From Thermotogota bacterium (GTDB lineage Bacteria; Thermotogota; Thermotogae; Petrotogales; Kosmotogaceae), in the NCBI GenBank assembly GCA_034660555.1, contig JAYEJL010000078.1:1-13435 (forward strand): a stretch of 13,435 bases of DNA. Reading direction: 5' to 3'. Position numbers and translations under genes: made by a program. Below are positions 1 to 6,666 of this stretch, one piece after another. The notes beneath the pieces are model-generated. The model saw only the letters and a program-made list of their open reading frames with translations. It was not told the DNA's origin and made no database searches. Each line of letters opens with the position of its first letter. Positions within the stretch are counted from its first letter, which is position 1.

Positions 1-656
1 CCACCTGATTCAGGAAATTCTCTCAAATTCTTATAAATCACATTACCCATTAATTTACCATTATATGCAATACCTGTTGTACAGAATTGTCTGTGTTCAA
101 TATATTCCTGGACCATATAATTTTCACCGTTTATTTCCCTTAAAGCCTTTTCTAACTGAACTTCATTATCTATCTTTTTAATACCCATGGCACCACGATT
201 CTTCCTGGGCTTTAATACAAAGGGGAATTTCCATTCTGCCTGTTTAAAATCTTTTAGTAAAACAGTCCTGGGCACATCTATTCCAATATGTTTTGATAAT
301 TGAGTCATGGTGTATTTATCGTGGAGGACCATCAATTTTTCGTAGTCCTCAACCAGCATTTTGACTTTGTTTTTAAATCTTTCTTTATAAAATGAAAGTA
401 CATATGCTTCTTCAAAACTGGGAATTATGTATTCTATATTCTCCTGTTCAACAAAATCAAGGATAGATTCTATAAATAAATTGGCATTCTTACTAACTTC
501 CGGATAAACAAAACTCTTCTTGACATATTTTGAGAATGCACCACCATTCAATTTTATGCTATCTGCTGCATAGATTTCGTGTTTCTCAGCACTTAAAATT
601 CTAATCGTGTTCAAACCATACATATTTCTAGCTGTAGTAACCAATATTTTAGCCAA
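1..656 (-). CDS. ATP-grasp domain protein (putative carboxylate-amine ligase), 3' end truncated by the window edge
   Basis: Translated by hand. TTG start at 656 with SD-like GGTGGTGA at 670-663. The frame is open for 218 codons to position 1: MAKILVTTARNMYGLNTIRILS...FSKYV...IIPSFEE...LHDKY...IDVPRT...FPFVLKPRKNRGAMGIKKI...YMVQEYIE...REFPESG. The DK, P-x-V-x-K-P, glycine loop and VQEYI motifs are typical of ATP-grasp enzymes. Confidence 0.85.
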   Translation of the reverse strand, partial: MAKILVTTARNMYGLNTIRILSAEKHEIYAADSIKLNGGAFSKYVKKSFVYPEVSKNANLFIESILDFVEQENIEYIIPSFEEAYVLSFYKERFKNKVKMLVEDYEKLMVLHDKYTMTQLSKHIGIDVPRTVLLKDFKQAEWKFPFVLKPRKNRGAMGIKKIDNEVQLEKALREINGENYMVQEYIEHRQFCTTGIAYNGKLMGNVIYKNLREFPESG

Positions 657-699
657 TTGTTTTCACCACCAGCTCATATATATAATTTACTATAATCAC

Positions 700-728
700 A
701 TTATAATGCTTAATTCCCTCATATCCAA
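700..728 (-). promoter_or_regulatory. Sigma70/SigA-type promoter for the ATP-grasp gene
   Basis: The minus strand reads TTGGAT (728-723), a 17-bp spacer, then a perfect TATAAT (705-700), ending 43 bp upstream of the TTG start. Confidence 0.6.
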
Positions 729-856
729 GTCGAACCTCAATCAGAAGTAATTCTTCAAGAAAGTCTTCATTAATTTTAAAGTATCACTTTTAATTAACTT
801 TAATAGCACAAGAATGAAATGTTCAATAAGCAAATTTAATGAGCGATCAATACTTC

Positions 857-1876
857 TTACTCCAGTATTTCTTTCATGGCAGCTGAAACCTCCATTATAT
901 CTTCCTCAGTAATATCTTTGTTAGTAACAAATCTATACACACCATTTTCTGGAGGATTAATTTTTATTCCCTTTTCCATCATCAATTCAACCAGATTCAA
1001 CTTTTCATTATTGTTAAAAGTAAAGAAAATCATATTGATATCCAGTTGATCCTGCAAAACATTAACTCCTTTAATATCAGAGATTTTTTCTGCGAGTATT
1101 TTGGCATTTACGTGATCTTCTGACAATCTATCGATCATATGTTCCAGTGAAACAATACCAGCTGCTGCAATAATTCCTGCCTGGCGCATGCCCCCACCCA
1201 TAAGCTTTCTTCCTTTTTTGGCTTTTTCTATGAATTCTCTATCTCCGGCCAAAATTGAGCCTATGGGTGCTGCAAGACCTTTGGACAAACAGAACATTAC
1301 AGAATCAGCAGTTTTGGCAATTTCCTTTGGTTCAACATTCTGAGCAATGGATGCATTAAATATTCTTGCGCCATCCAGATGCACGGGAATATTGTATTTA
1401 TTAGCCAATTTTCTCACTTTTTCCAAATAATCAAGTTTAATAACCCTGCCGGATGAATGGGCATTTTCCATGCATATAAGACCAGTTTTTGGAAAATGAA
1501 TATCCTTTTCTCTTATTGAATTCTCAATTTTAGAAATTTCCGGTTGACCATCTTCGCATTCAAGCGTTCTCAGCTGAACTGAAGCAATTACAGAAGAAGC
1601 GCCAACTTCGTGGATAAATATGTGATTTGAATCAGCCAGTATTATTTCATCTCCCATATTGGTATGAGTCATAATTGCCAGTTGATTTCCGAACGTTCCA
1701 GATGGAACAAAAAGAGCATCTTCCTTTCCCAAAATACCGGCTGCAAGCTTTTCAAGTTTGTTTACGGTAGGATCATCTCCATAAACATCGTCTCCAACTT
1801 CTGCTTTATACATTGCTTTTCTCATTTTAGGTGTAGGTGTTGTAACGGTATCACTTCTGATGTCTATCCATTTCAT
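857..1876 (-). CDS. ltaE: Low-specificity L-threonine aldolase (PLP-dependent)
   Basis: Motifs IDIRSDTVT, VGDDVYGDDPTV, PSGTFGNQ, HLDGARIFNA, FCLSKGL (PLP lysine) and GGGMRQAG. I prefer the ATG at 1876 (SD GGGTGA 5 nt upstream) over the GTG at 1885 used by the ORF track. Confidence 0.93.
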   Translation of the reverse strand: MKWIDIRSDTVTTPTPKMRKAMYKAEVGDDVYGDDPTVNKLEKLAAGILGKEDALFVPSGTFGNQLAIMTHTNMGDEIILADSNHIFIHEVGASSVIASVQLRTLECEDGQPEISKIENSIREKDIHFPKTGLICMENAHSSGRVIKLDYLEKVRKLANKYNIPVHLDGARIFNASIAQNVEPKEIAKTADSVMFCLSKGLAAPIGSILAGDREFIEKAKKGRKLMGGGMRQAGIIAAAGIVSLEHMIDRLSEDHVNAKILAEKISDIKGVNVLQDQLDINMIFFTFNNNEKLNLVELMMEKGIKINPPENGVYRFVTNKDITEEDIMEVSAAMKEILE

Positions 1877-1881
1877 ATGTA

Positions 1882-3105
1882 TCACCCTTTCTCACTTATT
1901 CTCAATCGTACCAAAAAATATATCCCTGACATAAATAAACCACAAAGAACCAGTGCAAAAGCTATGCCTATGTTATCTGCCAAAAAACCTATGATAGGAG
2001 CAAGTACTGCCATGAGAATTGTTTTTAACTGAGATTCTGCAGAAAGACCTGATGCCATAGTTTTATGAGAGATCTTTTCACTAATATAAGATACATTAAG
2101 TGGCCTTCTCAAATTCTGCAGAACATACAAACCCATGAACATTAAAACAGTCACTATTCTTAAATCCAGATACTGGAATATTCCAGATAAAACTATCATA
2201 ATTGCCCCTACTATAAATGTAACATTAATTGCTGTCTCGATTTTGCCAATCTTTTTACTGATTTTATCAGCATTTTTAGAAGCATAACTTGTGGCAAGGT
2301 ATATGGAAAAGTATGCAACTCCAACTATTACTGACGTTCTCTTTTCGTTTTCAAAATTTAGCAAGAGCGGAAGCGAAAGAGCAAGTCCCTGCAAAACTGG
2401 TTGAAGATAAGCAGAAATAGTCTTAAAAAAAGCATCGAAAACTGTGCTGTTAAAAATAGCCTTAAGAGAGTATTTATTCTTAAATATTGAAAAAAAGATT
2501 TTGAATGTTTCCTTTTTGCTTTTCTTCTTTATTTCACCGTCAAGTTCACCTGGATAAGTAGTCAGATTTAGCAGATTACCAATGTATGGAATTAAAGCAG
2601 CAAGAAAAACAACTCTGTAATCCCCACTCCAGAAAACTATTCCCGCAGCTATTAAAGCGTTGAGCGCCGAACCCAACTGAGAGGCAGCCCGTGTTGCACC
2701 GTAGTATTCTGCTCTAGTATCCAGTACTTTATTTAATCTCAAATATTCCAGAATCATTGCCTTGTGTGTACCAGATCTTAAGGCTTCTCCCAGTCCAAAA
2801 AGCACCATTGCAATTGCGTAAACGAAAAATTGGGGAAAAAAGAAGAATATTAAAAATGAGATTATATAAGAGATCATTGCAAAAACCATAGATATCTTTC
2901 GACCGTAGAGGTCTGCAATAAAGCCTGTTGGTAATTCAAGGAGATTTGTAGATATTTCTCTGACAGAAAAAAGGATGCCTATTTGAAAAAAAGAAAAACC
3001 CATCTGTCTGAAAAAAAGGATGATAAACGGTTCAAAAAACCTCAGATTCTTTAGAAAACCATAAGAAGCAAACTTATAAAATTGTTTGTCCTTTTTTATA
3101 GCCAA
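1882..3105 (-). CDS. MFS transporter
   Basis: 407 aa with about 12 hydrophobic segments. Motif A-like ELPTGFIADLYGRK and C-terminal PIIGFLAD. TTG start with AAGGA upstream. Confidence 0.85.
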   Translation of the reverse strand: MAIKKDKQFYKFASYGFLKNLRFFEPFIILFFRQMGFSFFQIGILFSVREISTNLLELPTGFIADLYGRKISMVFAMISYIISFLIFFFFPQFFVYAIAMVLFGLGEALRSGTHKAMILEYLRLNKVLDTRAEYYGATRAASQLGSALNALIAAGIVFWSGDYRVVFLAALIPYIGNLLNLTTYPGELDGEIKKKSKKETFKIFFSIFKNKYSLKAIFNSTVFDAFFKTISAYLQPVLQGLALSLPLLLNFENEKRTSVIVGVAYFSIYLATSYASKNADKISKKIGKIETAINVTFIVGAIMIVLSGIFQYLDLRIVTVLMFMGLYVLQNLRRPLNVSYISEKISHKTMASGLSAESQLKTILMAVLAPIIGFLADNIGIAFALVLCGLFMSGIYFLVRLRISEKG

Positions 3106-3130
3106 TTACTATCATTCCTTTTTCAGTTTA

Positions 3131-4465
3131 CTAATCAATCACTCTTCTAGCCCATTCCCCTGATTTCAAACGCATAAATCCAAAGAAACCTTTAAATCCC
3201 TGTTCTGGTAACATCATTAAATAAACTAATGGTATAGACAACTTCAATACCAATCCACCAATTGCAACAAGTGGTATCCCAATTGCCCACAAACTAAAGA
3301 TTTCAAGAAAGAGAACCATCTTTGTGTCTCCGCCACTACGTAAAACACCTACAAGATTTACATTATTAAACATTCTTAATGGCTGAGACAGACCCATTAT
3401 AACCATTACAATGAGCAATGTGTTTTTTATGTCTTCACTGACATTATAAAAATCAATTATTCCCCATGAAAGTGCAATAACTCCTAATCCAGAGATTATT
3501 GCCAGTACAAGTGTAATTTTCAGGAGCACATGAGCATTTTTTACGGCACCTTCATAGTTATTTTTCCCCAACTCGGAACCAACCAGAACAACTGTAGCTG
3601 CTGAGACACCACCAAAGAAGATTAGTCCAAAACTGCCAATCGTGTGCTCAATATTTCTCACAGCTATTGCTTCCGTGCTCATTCTTGCGAGCACAACCGA
3701 ATACATTGTAATTCCAAGACTCCAAAAGAACTCATTGGCTATTACAGGTGACGCTATTTTCATCAATCTCTTGAAGAATATACTGTCAAAACTGAACAGA
3801 CTTTTTAGATTAATCTTTATTGGAGTCCAGTCTTTTCTTAACGAATAAATGTATAGGGAAAACTCTATGATTCTGGAGAATAATGTGGCAATTGCTGCAC
3901 CCTTAACACCCAATTCTGGGAAAAAGCCTATGCCGAAAATAAGTAAGTAATTGCTTATTGTATTAACAACAAGGGCAACTAAACTGATATACATGGGTAT
4001 CTTCGCTCTTTCCACTGTTCTCAAGACCATGACCATGATAAAGCTGAAGGATGTGAAAAAAGTTGTAAATGACACTATTCTGGAGTACTCAGCGCCAAGT
4101 TTAATCACAGCAATGTCATCGGTGAATAGAGACAATAAATGCTCAGGAAAAACAAACAACAAAACAAAAAATAACACCGCAGCTGAAATGGTTATCTTCA
4201 ATATATGTCCCACAGTTTTCTCTATGTTCTTTGTATCTTTTATGCCCCAATATTGGGAGACAAAAACGCCCGAACCACTTGCTGCACCAAATGTTATGAG
4301 CATAAGAATAAAAACTACCTGATTGACAATACCGACAGAAGCTATCGAAACAGCACCAAGCTGTCCTATCATAATATTATCAACAAGATTTAGCCCCACT
4401 GATATAAAATTCTGTATCGTTATAGGCACAGCAATATTAATGATTCTTCTGGTAAAATATGTCAA
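3131..4465 (-). CDS. MATE family efflux transporter
   Basis: 444 aa, polytopic. Motifs IAVPI, VDNIMIGQLG, SQYWG, PELGVKGAAIAT and GVLRSGGDT. The TTG start overlaps the upstream TGA stop (TTGA, 4465-4462). Confidence 0.9.
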   Translation of the reverse strand: MTYFTRRIINIAVPITIQNFISVGLNLVDNIMIGQLGAVSIASVGIVNQVVFILMLITFGAASGSGVFVSQYWGIKDTKNIEKTVGHILKITISAAVLFFVLLFVFPEHLLSLFTDDIAVIKLGAEYSRIVSFTTFFTSFSFIMVMVLRTVERAKIPMYISLVALVVNTISNYLLIFGIGFFPELGVKGAAIATLFSRIIEFSLYIYSLRKDWTPIKINLKSLFSFDSIFFKRLMKIASPVIANEFFWSLGITMYSVVLARMSTEAIAVRNIEHTIGSFGLIFFGGVSAATVVLVGSELGKNNYEGAVKNAHVLLKITLVLAIISGLGVIALSWGIIDFYNVSEDIKNTLLIVMVIMGLSQPLRMFNNVNLVGVLRSGGDTKMVLFLEIFSLWAIGIPLVAIGGLVLKLSIPLVYLMMLPEQGFKGFFGFMRLKSGEWARRVID

Positions 4466-5661
4466 CTTCTGAACCTTTCATTCACATGCGAACGGTCTTC
4501 TTTACTAAAAAATATCACTATCAGTCCACTAATAGCCATAATTGATGCCATAAATGTAAACATACCCGTGTATGTACTTTCGGCAATCAACCCTGCTGTA
4601 ACCGGTCCAACCATAAAGCCCAGCGAACGAGAAGATCTCAACAACCCGAGAAATTCAGCTCTTCTTTCATCTGGCGAATTCAGTGTGATAAAGGTAGAAG
4701 CACCGTTAATAAACGCTCCAAATGCAAGCCCGAGACATCCGTAAGCCAGTGCAATCATGATCCAGCTATTGGCTAATGCTAAAAATACAGCAGTCATGGA
4801 TGATAGGAAAATGCCTATCACCGTACTTGCCTTTGGACCAATTGCTGATATAAGTTTACCAAAAAGCAAATGAGAAAAAAACTGAAGGGCCGGGTTAATA
4901 CCAGAAAGAAGAACTGCAAATGACTTTGAAAGTCCAACTGACTCTGTCATGAAAATCGCTATCAAAGACATAATTCCAGCAATTCCAAGCTGACGCATAA
5001 AACTACCAAGATAAACAGCCCATAAACCGTTTTGCTTAAGAGGTGTAGAATCTACTGTAATGGGAAATATTCTGTGTAATATATTGCCATATCTTTCTCT
5101 AATATTGGTTCTTTTGGTTTCTTTTATCATTAAAGCGGGTAGAGCAGCCACAAAAACAAGCAATCCAAAAAAGAGTAGTGTATTTTGAACGCTTAGTACT
5201 ATCAATAACAAAGAAACGAGCACTCTTCCAAGAAACATACCCAGTGAACTTGCTGCATTAATAAATGATATCTCTCGTGAGGATTTGCCTACTGAATTAC
5301 CCGCACTAACTGTACTTACTGCAAGTACAACCGGTCTGAATCCTGACGAAAAGAAAGCAATTGCTCCCGCGAGCAAGATAAAATGATAAGGAATCTGTAA
5401 AAAGGCATAAAGAATGTAAAGAAAGCCTGGAAGCACAATAAGAAATATCATCAACGATTTCCTGTATTGTCTTTCATCAGCAAGTGCTCCCCATATTGGC
5501 GAACCAAATGTCATTACTCCGCCTCTGACAGTAGTTAGTAAACTTATAATAAATACTGAGGCTCCAAGTTCTCTAAGCCTCAATTGTAAAAGCATTCCAA
5601 AACTGAGTACTGCTGTAAATCGTAACAAAGCGGTTATGAGAAGCGGAAGTCGCCTTTTCAT
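4462..5661 (-). CDS. MFS transporter
   Basis: 399 aa with about 12 hydrophobic segments. Motifs PIWGALADERQYRK, FGKLISAIGPK and SLGFMVGPVTAG. SD GGAGG lies upstream of the ATG. Confidence 0.85.
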   Translation of the reverse strand: MKRRLPLLITALLRFTAVLSFGMLLQLRLRELGASVFIISLLTTVRGGVMTFGSPIWGALADERQYRKSLMIFLIVLPGFLYILYAFLQIPYHFILLAGAIAFFSSGFRPVVLAVSTVSAGNSVGKSSREISFINAASSLGMFLGRVLVSLLLIVLSVQNTLLFFGLLVFVAALPALMIKETKRTNIRERYGNILHRIFPITVDSTPLKQNGLWAVYLGSFMRQLGIAGIMSLIAIFMTESVGLSKSFAVLLSGINPALQFFSHLLFGKLISAIGPKASTVIGIFLSSMTAVFLALANSWIMIALAYGCLGLAFGAFINGASTFITLNSPDERRAEFLGLLRSSRSLGFMVGPVTAGLIAESTYTGMFTFMASIMAISGLIVIFFSKEDRSHVNERFRS

Positions 5662-5703
5662 CTATTTACCTCCACACAAAAACTTACTTAGTTTTCCTAA
5701 CAG

Positions 5704-5712
5704 ATAATAACA
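5704..5712 (-). promoter_or_regulatory. Possible extended -10 promoter for the MFS-MATE-MFS-ltaE operon
   Basis: The minus strand reads TG-T-TATTAT (5712-5704), 42 bp upstream of the ATG at 5661. No convincing -35 element. Confidence 0.35.
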
Positions 5713-5840
5713 CAGGCTGATTAAGGATTATTAAAAGAAGTTTTGTGAAACTGAAAACAATAAAAAACTCAGGGTACTTGATCATATAAATGCTGAGGTA
5801 AGACAAAAATAACTGGCATTTCATTAGTTTCAGCATTCTA

Positions 5841-5870
5841 CTAATTTCTCAAAGCGTTTTTAGAAATTAG
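5841..5870. repeat. 30-bp imperfect palindrome (operator or RNA hairpin)
   Basis: CTAATTTCT-CAAAGC|GTTTTT-AGAAATTAG. The 9-bp arms are perfect and 13 of 15 positions are symmetric. No U-tract follows on either strand. Confidence 0.6.
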
Positions 5871-6030
5871 CGGTATCATCTATTATCTCTTTTGTATTGT
5901 AATTCAGTAAATTATTTGTAAGGGCTCTAGCAAAAAGAACCGGGTTATCCTTTCAGTTTCTTGCCTACCACACATATCAAGAAAAACCTTCCCAATTCTT
6001 TTATGAATAGTAAACTACAAATATGTTACC

Positions 6031-6666
6031 TCATTGTTTGACCAATTTTCTTAACAAATCTACTGCGCCGGTACTATCTTCAGAATATCCATCTGCATCA
6101 ATTTCTTTTGCATAGCTTTCACTAACAGGAGCTCCTCCGATAATAACCTTAACTTTGTCTCTCAAACCTTCATTTTCAAGTGCTTTTATTACATTGGGCA
6201 TATTAATCATAGTACTCGTAAGAAGTGCTGAAATGAGTAGAAACCCTGGTTTCTCTTCTTTTACCGCTTTCACAAAAGCTTCTGGTTTTACATCTACACC
6301 AAGATCGACGACTTCAAATCCTGCTCCTTTTAACATCATGCATACAAGATTTTTCCCTATATCATGAAGGTCACCATCGATGGTTCCTGCAATAACTTTT
6401 CCTGCTTTCTTCACACCGCCCTTAACTAACAATGGCTCAATAATATCCATTGAAGCATGCATTGCCTTGGCAGCAACAAGAACTTCAGGAACAAAATAGT
6501 CACCTTCCTTAAATAACCTGCCAACTTCATCCATTCCGGGGATTAGTGAATCATCAAGTATTGTCTTTGCATCATAACCTTCAGACAGTGCTTGTTCTGT
6601 CAGTTCTTTTGCTGCTCCAGGATTGGTATTTACAATTGAATCTTTGAGTTTTTCTAGTAGGCTCAT
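6031..6666 (-). CDS. Stand-alone cobalamin-binding corrinoid protein (MtaC/MtbC/MtvC-like methyl carrier)
   Basis: 211 aa. N-terminal cap domain (LIPGMDEVGRLF...YFVPEVL.AA.AM), then the B12 motif DxHxxG (GDLHDIGKNLV, 6372-6355), GFEVVDLGVDV, SALLTST and IIGGAP. SD AAGGAGG. ATGA overlap with the GH38 stop. Confidence 0.93.
   Translation of the reverse strand: MSLLEKLKDSIVNTNPGAAKELTEQALSEGYDAKTILDDSLIPGMDEVGRLFKEGDYFVPEVLVAAKAMHASMDIIEPLLVKGGVKKAGKVIAGTIDGDLHDIGKNLVCMMLKGAGFEVVDLGVDVKPEAFVKAVKEEKPGFLLISALLTSTMINMPNVIKALENEGLRDKVKVIIGGAPVSESYAKEIDADGYSEDSTGAVDLLRKLVKQ

Noticed and set aside
649..790. About 45-codon stop-free stretch on the minus strand between ltaE and the ATP-grasp gene (..INEDFLEELLLIEVRLGY..)
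   Set aside because: It is bounded upstream by an in-frame TGA, has no ATG or SD-supported start, and overlaps the promoter.
5931..5953. Intrinsic terminator AAAGGATAACCCGGTTCTTTTT (minus strand) after the corrinoid gene
   Set aside because: The stem is short, bulged and G-U dependent, too weak to call, and it overlaps alternative pairings reported above.
5662..6030. Cobalamin riboswitch next to the corrinoid gene
   Set aside because: A GGGAAGG is present, but I see no GCCACTG or B12-box, and the region is downstream of the B12-related gene.
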